The position numbers and the translations under genes are program-made. From Amphiscolops sp. MND2022 (taxonomy: Eukaryota), in assembly GCA_964187785.1 (NCBI GenBank), contig OZ076409.1, positions 13,394,001 through 13,458,000 on the forward strand: DNA of 64,000 nt, read 5' to 3'. The notes under the pieces were generated by a model. That model was given only the letters and a program-made list of their open reading frames with translations, did not search any database and was not told the origin of the DNA. This document shows positions 1-11,800 of this stretch, in pieces (position 1 is the stretch's first letter; each line of letters starts with the position of its first letter).

Positions 1-119
1 GGATTGTCTGACTGAAATGAAGTTCTCAGTATCGCCAATACTTCTTATTCTTGTCTGTTTTTAGCCAATCAGCAGTCTGTGACTAGTGTTTTAAGTATGC
101 ACTTGCAATTCGAGCTCTC

Positions 120-513
120 ACCAGTGAATAAGGTTTTGCCAAAAAGCTTATCGCTTGTTTCGCTTGTGACTGACTTCTTAAACGGCGCTTTTTAGAAGCA
201 AACTTTGTTCGGCGAATTAAAATTTTTAAAGCTGTCATTTCTCTGCATTTCGAACTTTTGGAAATTTCGATTGTTTACTTTCTTCTCAACAAACTACCAC
301 CACAAGAGACGAACCTTTCAACTGTACTGGTATCGGGTGAAACGCCCGGTGCAAGAAACTTGCCGCTGTAAGAGTTGGGCACTTTTTGAAAACCAAAATG
401 GGAAAGTTTTTAGACCAATCAGAGAAGCGCAAATTTCAGTGGGCGCTTATTCGGATATTACATCGTTTTCGCTTCTTTTGAACATTCACGTACATGCGAC
501 CTAGTTCACTGGT
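120..513. mobile_element. Small non-autonomous TIR element (MITE-like)
   Basis: Imperfect 14-bp TIR accagtgaataagg (120-133) / cctagttcactggt (500-513), flanked by direct repeat tctc (116-119, 514-517). Confidence 0.5.
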
Positions 514-698
514 TCTCACTGTCCTAAAGTTTTTGGAAGGCCTCAAAAAGTTGAATTAGATATTTCAACAGCTGATCAGTTCGTTTCAAAACGCTGACTC
601 CGATTACATGATCTATGTCTGATTTTGGGCCACTAAAGTTCACTAGGAAATTGTATCGATGGTCACAGAGCTCTATGGCGATAATCATTGATTAGTCT

Positions 699-1108
699 CA
701 GTGTATTGCTCAAGAATTATACGGAACCCATAATTTTCTATACGAGTTACATGTTATACGAAGATGCCATTATCATACGAGTTATACGGAGAATAGTTTT
801 TCAGTCTTTTTGCGTCTATTTTCCCGTGACGAGCTGAGGAAGTTTTTGGAAATTATGAAAATCTTGTGATGAATTTCAAATGCAGTGGATCCTAAAATGG
901 TGATAGGCAATGTGAGATTTGGAACGGGGGCTATTGCATTCCTCTTTTTTGAAGCAATGAACACTTTCCGATATAAAAATGATCCAAAAATTGTGCTTCA
1001 TGCCTTCATATGATATAAGAGAGCCAATTATACGAATATACGATATACGAAACGTTCGATTATACGATTACACGTTATAAGAGGAACTCTGTATACGACA
1101 ATACACTG
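699..1108. mobile_element. hAT-type MITE, 410 bp
   Basis: Perfect 10-bp TIR cagtgtattg/caatacactg, 8-bp TSD attagtct (691-698, 1109-1116), many subterminal tatacg(a) repeats at both ends. Confidence 0.85.
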
Positions 1109-1858
1109 ATTAGTCTATCGATGTTTGGCTTGCATATCATAAAAATGTTTACTGTGGCATATTGTTCAACATATTCACGAAGCATATAACTAGAGAATAA
1201 TTTTCTAAATCTGCTGCACTTCAAAGCTTGATAAGTTGAAATTTGGAATGGTTTTATTCCGAAACCCTCTCATCATAGATTATTTATTAGAAATTGATGA
1301 CTGATTGAAAATGAGTTTTAAGGTTTGATATAAAATCCGGTACATTTGCTGTTTAATCAAGTGACGGTAATGTTTAATCCCTTCAATCAATGTTTGATGT
1401 GTGTAATAACCAATTAAATATATATTGAGTATATTTATTCAGTAGAGTATAGTTTTATGTCAAATTTTGAAGTTATAGTATTTTTTCTGACCTGTGGTCA
1501 ATTGTGTGAATTCAGCTTTGCAAAAAAGTCTCAGTTTTTCAAGATAACAATTGTAGCGTAGCCATCAAAACGTAAAATGATTTTTTGAAGAATACATGTT
1601 TTTTCGCCTATCAGGAACTTCTAGTTTATGTATTTTATCTCTGTTCCCTGAAGCTTGAAATATCTGGCTCGGAATGTGCTCAAATCCACCGGAAAACCGA
1701 CCGATTTGGTCTCGAACCCCGCTCTGGGCCGTAAATTTCCGTGTTTTCAACTGAATTATACAAATTATTTAAACGTTTATCTAACGTTTACGAAGTGAGG
1801 TGCGCTTTCTTTCCACTTTAGTTGTTTTTTTTAGGTTCAATTTTTTTGCATGGTTTTT

Positions 1859-2309
1859 GTTAGGAGTCGGAAAAAAGTTTCGACTACTTATGCAATCGTG
1901 TAGTTTTTTTTCTCCCGACCTTCTCATGAAAATTTCAAATTTCTCAAAAACTGTCCATACGATTTTTCATAAAATTTTGCACAGCCATTCTACACCCAAA
2001 GAAAGCGTGCGCTAAGGCATCAAAATCGTATGACTGGAATGTGAGAAACATAGCCAAAATTAGCCCGAAAATGGCCAAAATTAGCCCGAAAATGGCCAAA
2101 ATTAGCCCAAAAACAGGCATTTCTCGATTTTTTTTTCGATTTTCTCAAAAACTATCCGTACGATTCGAACGAAAATTTCTACAGTCATTTTCTACACCAT
2201 AGTATGGTCCTATGTGTGCAATTTCAATAAATTCGTATGACTGGGATTGGAGCGAGTCAGAAGGAAAAAGACCTGAGCCGACTCCTTGACCACATATGCG
2301 GCTCTGGTT
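1859..2309 (+). mobile_element. Helentron-like non-autonomous element (HINE/DINE-1-like), family B
   Basis: Subterminal inverted repeat aggagtcgg...ccgactcct, 3' hairpin ccacatatgcgg, T-rich flanks; homologous copies at 35977-36340 and 42312-43384. Confidence 0.65.
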
Positions 2310-3839
2310 TTCTCAGGAGGTTTTTCTTAAGAGGCTTCATCAAAAATTGTTCATATATTTCAAGTGAAATAATTAGGATATAAACTTTTGTTGCGTTTCG
2401 CATGACAGAATATGGTAGTTCCCAATCTAGCCAATGTAGCCAATGCCGAATTTTCAATCGTTACCCATCTGAAATACAGAAATTCAAAATCATTTCGGAT
2501 TAAATGTATGGATATATGAAGTGCCGTATCCGGTTGTTTTAGACTTCTAACTCCTTGAAGGCATCTAAAGAATCTCTACAAACTGGTTGAAAAATTCACA
2601 TTTTTAGAGGCTGAAAGACAAAAGTATCCCGTTTTAATTTTTCGACTTGACATTTCTTCTCGATTTTCTTGATCCAAAAATTCCCTCCTCTGTGAATGCT
2701 TCAAAATTTTGCAATCACGTGGTGAAGAAAACAACCTAAAGACTCACCCTTTTGATTTATTCGGCACTGTGCGACTGTTTTGGAATTCAAAAGACTTCAA
2801 GCCTTAAGCGGCTCGCCGACTAGGGCTGTTACTGACTTGTTCTCCGTTTTGATCCATGTTGGCTCCTTTACAAGTCTAATTAATGCAAGGATGGTTCAAA
2901 AATAATTTGGGTTTGACATCGCTATTTTTTCGCTAAACCGCTGATTTCAAATGCGTTGAAAATTTTTTCTCCAAACTATCAAATATTTCAAATTTATTTT
3001 CGGAACTCATTCTGAAACCCAGGGAATATGTAACGATACTGTTTAGCGTATTCACAAGGCTCAAAAATATCTCATTCTTTGTACATTTTTATTGATCAAA
3101 AATTGTCGGAACTACTTGAAGCTATAATCATGTTTGTTCTCTTATGTCTTACTACTGGTATCTAAGTGATAACCTAGGCCTCGTAAAAGATTATGCTTGG
3201 TATCTGTCTTTCCTATTATATACAAATAACACCAACAGCGCAGCAATTTCGAAACTAGTGTATCTACCAAAAAATCACACGCGTCTTGGGAGAATTCTGT
3301 GATGGTTGTTTCCAGTACATTTGAATACAAGTTCAAATTATATGGTGGATTGCCTTGGGGTAAGGAATAAAACCTTTGCCATTATTTCCTTTCTTGAATC
3401 CTTCATTGATGAGCGAATTTTGATAATTGCATTATTGTATTTAGATAACTTGGGTCTTTCAAATAAATACTGTTGCATCTTTTGGTACACAATTTTACAA
3501 GTTGAATTATTTGGAAAGAATCTTTGAAAGCGAGCGTTCAGCTTAGCCTGCTTTACTCACTGCTCAAACACTTTTTACGTTATTCTGTAATTAGCAGCAT
3601 GAAATGACGTCGAATTCTTGTGTTTCAGTTGATCGAAATGTGTACTAATGAAACCCTTTCTCAATTAATTACTTGATTTGGTCTTCAAATATCTGAGAAA
3701 CAAGCTGCTGCCACCAGTGCCTTAAATATTGGTTCTTGCGCCAAAATTTTGCCTTTTTCATTTTATTTTCTTCTACATATCCAAAAATATATATCCGAAA
3801 TTCTTTAAATTACATTTGGGCAACTAGAACATCCTCAAT

Positions 3840-4109
3840 ATGAAGCCACAACATGTAGAACTACAAAACGAGTTCACTTCGAAGTGTTCGTTCGGGACGA
3901 AGTTCACTAGAATAACAGGTGGAAATATTCTGGTTGTGTGTCCCAGCGACTTATTCGACGCCCTTGGTCAGTACCTGCTAGATGGTAAGAACCGATGGGT
4001 CACAGCCCGAAGAAGCGACAATGGTGCCGACGAGTTCTACCCTTTCCAACCTTACACTCCTTTTTCCAAGTACCAGTCTCTGAAAAAAACATCCGAAGTG
4101 TGTGTCAAA
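3840..4109 (+). CDS. Exon of host gene of unrecognised family (5' boundary uncertain; acceptor possible at 3918)
   Basis: GC-richer open frame ...GNILVVCPSDLFDALGQYLLDGKNRW...EVCVK ending at phase-0 donor AAA|gtgagt. Confidence 0.6.
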
Positions 4110-5058
4110 GTGAGTCTGTTTTTCCAGTTATTTCGCCAAATATGAAGGAATCAAAGACAATTTATTCGGAAAGTTTGGTATTATGAACGACATGTATTAT
4201 CATCCTCTGCCCTTCTGAAGAATAGCCCCCCAAGTCACATATCCTAAAGAACAAGCCCTCAAATTTGAGCCAATGATTGTCTAACTACTCAAGACATGGC
4301 TATCAATAATTTCAGGTCATATCTAAAATGCCCATCCAAATATGTATGCACATTCTAACTATCCTTATCACCGTATTTCAGTCCAAAATAGGTGTGAATT
4401 GAGTAGTATCGCCTGTTTTTTAGATGCTTCTCAGTCTCATTTGGCCTAAGTCCTGCTCAATTTTTGTAGTTTACTAGTGATAATTCACATTGCTGTAATT
4501 GTCACCTCATAAAGGCGCCCAACACGAAATAATTGATAATTTGATAATTGATAATTTGCCCAACACGAAATATCCCAAAAAATCCTCCTGAAGTTTTCTC
4601 CTGCAATGAGTTCTGTTATACTTTTTGCACAATTGAGGTTCAACCCCTTTCTCAACCCGAATTGAATAAGCTGCTTTATAATATAGAACATTTTATAACC
4701 AGACGTTTTGACGGTAGATGTGGGAATGCAATGAAATTGAAGTCAGGTACAGTTGCGGTCCTAGTAGTGCTATTGCTCGTAGTGCATGATTTTGCCCAAC
4801 ACATTTCATGTCCACTTTTTGATTGAATTTTCATTCAGTTTCTCCCATGATGCAATGCCAGCATTTCTTTCAATTTAGTATGCGTTCTGAATTTCTTAGA
4901 GCTTCCTTTTTTCGAAAAAAAAATACCATAATTGAACTTCAGATGGGTAAGTTTTTCATGTATACCGGCGGAGGTCTCGATTTGGCGAAGGATTCTGCGA
5001 AACTTCCGACGGAAAATATTTGCCCCTCTTTCTAGTTGAATCTGATGTGGCAATTTAT

Positions 5059-5684
5059 AACAAGACGGGAACGTCTAAAGTCGGCGCTATATCTAAGGCT
5101 CAAAAAGCTCAGTTTTCTAAATATGCCCAGGATGTATTCATGAAAAGCTTTGAAAACACTTTCGAGACACCCAAAGTGTGCCTTTCATGCTCGATATGAC
5201 TGGAAAATCACTTTTCTCGACTGGAAACAAAAAAATTTTTAAAAATTTTTTTGAAAATTTTTTTTGGAAATTTTTTTTTTGAAAAAAACTTCGAAAACGT
5301 CGCATAGTGCCGAAAAATGAAAAGGGGGACCCTTTGGGATTCATTAACATACTTTCTGTTGCAAAATATCAAAAAATCCGAAGGGGGGACTCTTTTGAAA
5401 AATTAAAAATTTTCGAAAAAAAATTCGCACAGTGCCGAAAAAAAATTGAAAGGGGGGACCCTTTGGAGTCTTCCGGTTTTGTAGGTTACGTAAAAAAGGT
5501 AAAAAACGAAAGGGGGGACCCTTTGCAGTAAGTTTGCATTGGTGGAACTTGGCCTGAGTGAACTTATCAGTTTCTGTAAAAAGTGGTACATACGCGATGA
5601 GCTCTGTGGTCTGACGAAAAAAAAAAAACTAGCCACTGTAATAGTCGGGCTTTTTTCCTTAAAGGAAAATGCGCCGACTAAAAA
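5059..5684 (-). mobile_element. Helentron-like non-autonomous element, family A
   Basis: Ends aacaagacgggaacgtctaaagtcggcgc... and ...agtcgggcttttttccttaaaggaaaatgcgccgactaaaaa (sub-TIR agtcggcgc/gcgccgact plus stem-loops); internal aaggggggaccctttg repeats. Confidence 0.75.
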
Positions 5685-5925
5685 TAAGGAATCCACAGAC
5701 CCGAACCTTTGTTCACATTTCCTGCGCATTGTCTCATCACTCAGTGAGACCCTTGGAAAACGGCAACTCCAGAGTATCTACAGTTTTGCTTCTATCTAGG
5801 CGCATCATTTTAGTCTGATGTTTTTTGCACTTTCTTTGGAGGCAACTGTGCATCGGAGCTAGCTGTTTTTTCCGCCCTCACAAATTTATTTGTGTAGAGG
5901 GAGGAAAATCACCATCTGTGTAGTG

Positions 5926-6907
5926 TTTTTAGTCGGCGCCTTTTCCCTTAAGGAAAAAAGCCCGACTATTACAGTGGGTAGTTTTTTTAGTCGGCGCTTT
6001 TCTAGGAAAAAGTGCCCGACTCTTACAGTGGCTAGTTTTCTTTTTTTTTCGTCAGACTACAATTTCACTCTGATTGGGCCACTTTTCTTACAATCGAAAC
6101 TACTAACATAAGGCCAAGTCCGGTCAGCGGAAATTAGTGCAAAAGGGTCCCCCTTTCATTTTTTACTTTTTTACCGTAACCTACAAAACCGGACGAGACT
6201 AAAAGGTTCGATTTTTTTCGGCATTGTGCGACTTTTTTTCAAAAATTTTTAATGTTTCAAAAGAGTCCCCCTTTCGAGTATTTTGATATTTTGCAACAGA
6301 ATATATGTTAATAAAGCCCAAAGGGTCCCCCCTTTTACATTTTTCGGCACTATGCGACATTTTCTGAAAGAAAAAAATTCAAAAATTTCAATTTTAAAAA
6401 AAATTTTTTGCGCTTTTTGAGCCTTAGATATAGCGCCGTCTTTAGACGTTCCCGTCTTGTTTCTTTTTCAGTTGATAATCTCACTCTGAATGGTCCACTT
6501 TTCTTACAATCTTTGTTCATTTGTTCAACTAATTTTCTGAGAAGCAGGAGATCGTGGGTTCGATTCTCGCACTAAACCACAATTTTTTATGCTTCCAAAA
6601 GTAGATGCAAGACCAAAGGTTTTTTCGTTTGGTTTTTTTTCGGCACTATGCGACTTTTTTCGGATTCTATCAAAGGGTACCCCCTTGCATTTTTTTGAAG
6701 TTTTCGGTTTGTAAAAACGTTTAATGAGCCTGAATGGCTTCTTTTTGAGTTTTTCGGCATTGTACGACTTAAAAAATTACTTTCGAAAAAAATTTCAAAA
6801 ATAGTTTTTCTTTAAAAAATAATTTTTTGCAAATGTTTCCAATAGTTGTTCCTTGAATATTTTTGAGCCTTAGATATGGCGCCGACTTGAGACGATCCCG
6901 TCTTGTT
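5926..6907 (+). mobile_element. Two tandem family-A Helentron-like copies (5926-6461 with duplicated 5' end; ~6462-6907 partial)
   Basis: Start tttttagtcggcgcc; ends ...gacgttcccgtcttgtt (6461) and ...gacgatcccgtcttgtt (6907); reverse orientation relative to 5059-5684. Confidence 0.7.
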
Positions 6908-7208
6908 TTTTTTTTCAAAATTCTGTCAAATCTCCACTTTATTACTCCATTTAAGTATGCGGAGGGTAGAGCGTCCACCTGACAGACAGGAAGTCGTAGG
7001 TCCGAACCCGAGCTGGAGCCTGAAATTTTTCGGCTTACCCAGGAAGTAGGTGGTCAGTATATCTCAGCTTCGCCATGCTTTTTTTGGAGAAGTTAGGACG
7101 AGTTTCGAAGCTCACCTTCTCCACACTTTTTTGTGTGGCAGAAAATATGCCGATGCTTAGCGGTCGTCTCGTTGATATCGTAAAGTTAGCGTTTCTTCTT
7201 GTTTGCAG

Positions 7209-7349
7209 TTGATGACCCTTCAGAAGGGGAGAGTGAAGCTGACTGTGACTAACGGAGTTCTGCCTCCGGGCTCAAACGAACTAGATGACACCAAGTATCT
7301 ATGGGACGGAAGCAACACCATTCTGAACCTCATCTGGACTAATCGTAAG
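7209..7349 (+). CDS. Host gene exon (LMTLQKGRVK...NLIWTNRK)
   Basis: tttgcag| acceptor, AAG|gtaaca donor, 141 nt, phase 0-0, open frame. Confidence 0.65.
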
Positions 7350-7441
7350 GTAACAAACTGGTACTTTATTCAATTGATGAAAGTTGTTTCAGTGTGGTAT
7401 AATTTGAAATTCATAGTTATTAAAGAGGATTCATTACAAAA

Positions 7442-8803
7442 TTGAAAATGCGGGAGCCAGAAATATAACTTTATGAGAAAAGAGTGGCAGAATAAAAACT
7501 TCATAAATTCGACGTTTCGTCAACTTCTGTTGACATTATCAAGAAAATCTGAAAAACAGCAAAAATTAAACAAATTTCATCAGTGCATCATCAAAAAAAG
7601 CAGAAACAAAGAACATCAATTTAAAATACACGCAGAGGAATAGAGTCCGTCTGAGTGTTCAGATCACATTTTTGGTGTTTTATGTGATATGCCTCGGTGA
7701 AGAGCAGAGACCTCCAACTGGACGACTTCTTGAGGATGCTGAAACACTCAAGATGAGTCTCAAAAGTTGGTCTTACATCGTGAAACATCAGATGATCAAA
7801 AATCACTGACGATGAGCCATCTTTACGCTCGGCAAGGTGTTCTCGGACTCTCTGGAACAAATGACGCCTTGTGACACCTACGTAGCGGGATTCACAACCC
7901 GTCTGCGGACACTTGAACATGTAGGTGACACCGCCGCTGTTAACGACTTTCGGCTTGGCTTCAGGAAGCCTAACCAGAGACCCAACACTCGTCGATGTAA
8001 AAACCAGACAAGGACATTCAGTGTTGACACGCCTGCAAAGGGCTGAAAAGGACGAAATAAGGCGCTTCTTCGCACTTTCACCTTTGTAGGGCAACACCAA
8101 CGGGACCAACTTGGATTTCTCTTTCTGAGTTGACGATTCCGGACCCAGACGACGCGTCAGAAAGTGACGAACCTGGCTTCCAAGGACACATTCATCATAA
8201 CCCAGTTGTGTCAGGCACTTCACTGATCTCTCGATCTCTTCGTGGAAACCTGTCCAGGACGATGACAAGGCGAACGCTCGGTGATAAAGCATCGGCATGA
8301 GGTTCCGCTTGTATTTCTCGTCACAAAACGACTGGGAATGTAAAAATACGCCTTTGTCGCAACTTTTGTGGTAAACGGACGTTGAAAAACCCGTTTTTGA
8401 CATGACAACAGTGACACCAATGAACGGAATAGAACTATCGACAGAAAACTCGCACGTAAACTGAATGGCTGGATGAAATCTGTTCAAACGTTCCAGAAAC
8501 AGTTGAACGTGGGTTGGGTCTGAGAATAGTAGAAATGTGTCATCCACATATCTGACATAGAACACAGGGAAGAAATTATGGTTCTCGGCGAACACGCTGA
8601 TTTCCAGGAAACCAAGATAAAAATTCGCAAGAGCGGTCCGAGAGGAGAACCCATTGAAACCCCGTCTATTTGCTCATACAAAACTCCGTCAAAAGTGAAG
8701 AGCATGTTAACAGTGGCCTTTTCCAACAGCAGCTGCAAGTCGCGTCTCTGGAGACGAATACCCTGGTCTTCGAGGAAACTAGACTCTCCAGAGGTGTCAA
8801 AAA
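7442..8803 (-). mobile_element. Penelope-like retroelement arm (3' part of RT, GIY-YIG endonuclease, 3' UTR)
   Basis: Near-identical reverse complement of ~31966-33303; motifs GVSMGSPLGP, RYVDD, YVGVT; 1-bp deletion near 8628 splits the ORF (7621-8595 and 8484-8738). Confidence 0.93.
7508..7545 (-). ncRNA. Minimal type-I hammerhead ribozyme (U3-A8 core variant) in Penelope 3' UTR
   Basis: Minus strand reads uuc-UUGAUAA-u-GUCAAC-agaa-GUUGAC-GAAA-CG-UC-gaa; identical to the copy at 33225-33262. Confidence 0.75.
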
Positions 8804-11800
8804 TATATATATGCTGTGTGTACTATAGAAGAGAGAGAAAGAAGTATTAGGTTAGGGTTATGTGTAAAAGATTTGTTATATAGGTGTGCCAACTTTAAAG
8901 TTGATCCAAGCAGCTAGAACCAAAGAATTTTTACTAGCAGGAATCGCTGGATAGCACTGTAGAGGGGCCAACACGTTACGCACGTCTGCGGTTGGAACGG
9001 AAGAAGGAGAGAAAGCCAACACAAATTCACTCAGAGGTGGTTGGAACGAAAAATTTTACTGAAAGGAATTACGCGAAGAAACGTAGTCAGAACCAAGAAA
9101 AATGACTGACAGGAATTACGTTGAGGAACGCAGTCAGAACCATAGCAACACGAATCAATTTCTAGTAGAAATTGGTTGCAACGTTGAAGTTAATAACAGT
9201 AGGCGATATTGAGAGGTGGCGAGACTGTGTGTCGAACAAAGAGATATCGGATGAGAAAGTCGAGAAAAGGTGTACAAAAATTGTAGAGTTGTGAAATGAA
9301 TGGGAGAGAAAGAAGAATTTTCTTGGTCGCACCAATTGAGCTGTTAAAAAGTGTGGTGGTTGTTTCTTTTAGATGTTTTATTACAGACATAAGAAGTCTA
9401 AGATTTTAACAGCGGGGTCGTCTTACTTTATACCTTGTAGCTAGCTAGTTCTAAGTCCAATCTTTTCTGAGATCTCAGTTCTTGAAGGAGAGAAGACCGA
9501 TCGTCAGGATGAATTCTCAATTTCTCCGAGTAGATATATTCTATTAACTAGGGTAGGTTTCATCAATTAACAATGTGACAGCAACAGGATGAATCTAAGA
9601 AGCTTGTTACAGGATATATTAAATGAAGTTTCTTCTAGAATAATTAGCTTTCAGATAAGATTACAGTTGTTAACAGTTCAGATAATTTCTGAATTATAAA
9701 ATCTTTGATGACATGCATCATGGCATCACAACTTCTTCCACCTAGTTCCACCTACTTCTTCCTTCTTCCAAATCACAGCTTTTTCGACTTACCTGGCAAT
9801 GATTTTTCATACCTTTTTCGTTGTGAGTTCAATAGCTTGCAGGAAAAAGATCAAAATGGCGTCCCAACGTTCGAAGCGTTTCCCAGATATTGTGTCTATA
9901 ACTCTACAGTGTCAACCTCCAATTTTCGTAAACCTACCTCATTCAACTCCTAGCCACTGCACTATCAACTCTACAACCTAGTGGAAGCATGATACAATTG
10001 CAACGCAAAACGCATCGATCCTATGATAGGCAATTTCGTTCTTCAAGCTACCTCTTCTCAACATAAATCTGACCAATTTTTTAAATTTCCTAAAAACAAT
10101 CCTCTATCAGTTGCACTTGATTCCATTGCGATCAAGTGAAAAGATGACCTAATGTTCAGTCCACAACTTCTATGCCACATATTACTCACTTCGAATTCAA
10201 AACAAAGACAGAATACGTTGTTAAAGACCAGCCTGATTATCGGCACCTCTCATCCACGCGACCAATTAAAGTATTTAGTATTTATGATCACAAACACTTT
10301 AATTCAATACTCGTTCCTTATGATCAATACCTTTTCTGAAATCGACATATTATGAACTTATGACAACCCCGATGACGGAACTGTAAAAGAATCTACTCAC
10401 TCTCATTGTTATCGTATTCCGTTTTCCATTACTACAAATGCACAATTGACCATAAACCCATCATGGGAACAATCCACAAACACCAAATCACGGGTTTTAA
10501 AATAACTTTATTCATCTTAAAACCAAAGAAAACCGGAGGCCGTGCTATGATTTGCGCTAGATATTAGCTAGTTGAAAACGACTTTATTGTGTCATTATAC
10601 TTACCTTGTACACACACGAAGTTTCCACAGTAATATTGTTCACATCCTGCCTTTGTTGCTTTCGAGGAAGACTAAAAGCACAAAAACTATTGTAGCACTA
10701 AGTTCAATGAACAAAAACTAACATCCTTCAACGCACTCTTTTTTGTACGAAATATATTCTCAATTAGCTTCTCAAATTGACCATGAACCCATTATCAATC
10801 GCCTTTGCCTACTATGCAACCTTCTGCTTGTTTATTAAAAACGAAAAAGCGCAACTTCTAAAAAACTTCTTGCTTTGTCGACGTGAGCACCGTGTATCTA
10901 AAATAGTAAGTATCCTCACACCCCAAGTTGAAACAGCTAAAGTAGTAGCGTTAACACTGTAGACGTATGTCTACTACATTGTTCACTCACGGGAACTGCC
11001 TCCAATTGGTTTGGTCATTTACCTCAAGTATATAAAATAGTTGGTCTTCCATCTTACAAAATTTCAGATAAAATTATTTTTTTCAAAAACATACTTACCA
11101 TGCTCAACTTGAAGCACTTTCCTTTGTTGAAAAGGGTCATGAAAAAGTACGCCACTTTTCATTAAAAGTTGAAACCTTTGAAAAAGAAGGCTGATATTAT
11201 GGTTGAATATAAATCAACCATAATGTAATGAAAATTTCCACTTGAGGCCTCCCAAAGAAATTGGAAGATTTCGGTAATAAACGCCTCTGTAAACACATCT
11301 AAAGTTCTCTTGAAACATCCCTCCGTTTTCAGCCTTTTGTCGATATGATTGACTCTGAAGAAATTGGTCTTGAAAATGGTCAAACGCCAGAACGTTCACA
11401 TTAGATTAATACACTCTCAGGCACACTTCAACAAAATGCTTCTATTAAAGAAAACTATTCTGAAACTCTAAACGTTTGAAAAGTATTGCTCCTTTTGTCA
11501 AGATATTATTCACTTTGTATCTACTTTTTATTGTAGACTCTTCATTTTATCAACATTTTAAAACTCCAAATTATAAATCCTACACTTTTACTCCTTACGC
11601 AGTCGGAGTAACAGTAACCTCTATAAAATCCCTTCATGAGATTCTCGGTTCTTATGTTGCTCTCATTACGCACTAACTCTCGCTCCAGATACTTTGACAA
11701 TCACATCATAATCATTCTTCAACCTCTGATCATAATCGATCCCGTTATGATCAATGTTTTAAAATATCTCTTTGACGTATCCTTCAAGCCCGTATAATGT

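Noticed and set aside
6950..7020. tRNA gene (also similar pieces at ~34270, ~35325, ~37130, ~59400)
   Set aside because: Degenerate A/B boxes only; I could not fold a full cloverleaf with acceptor stem, so these are treated as tRNA-derived repeat fragments.
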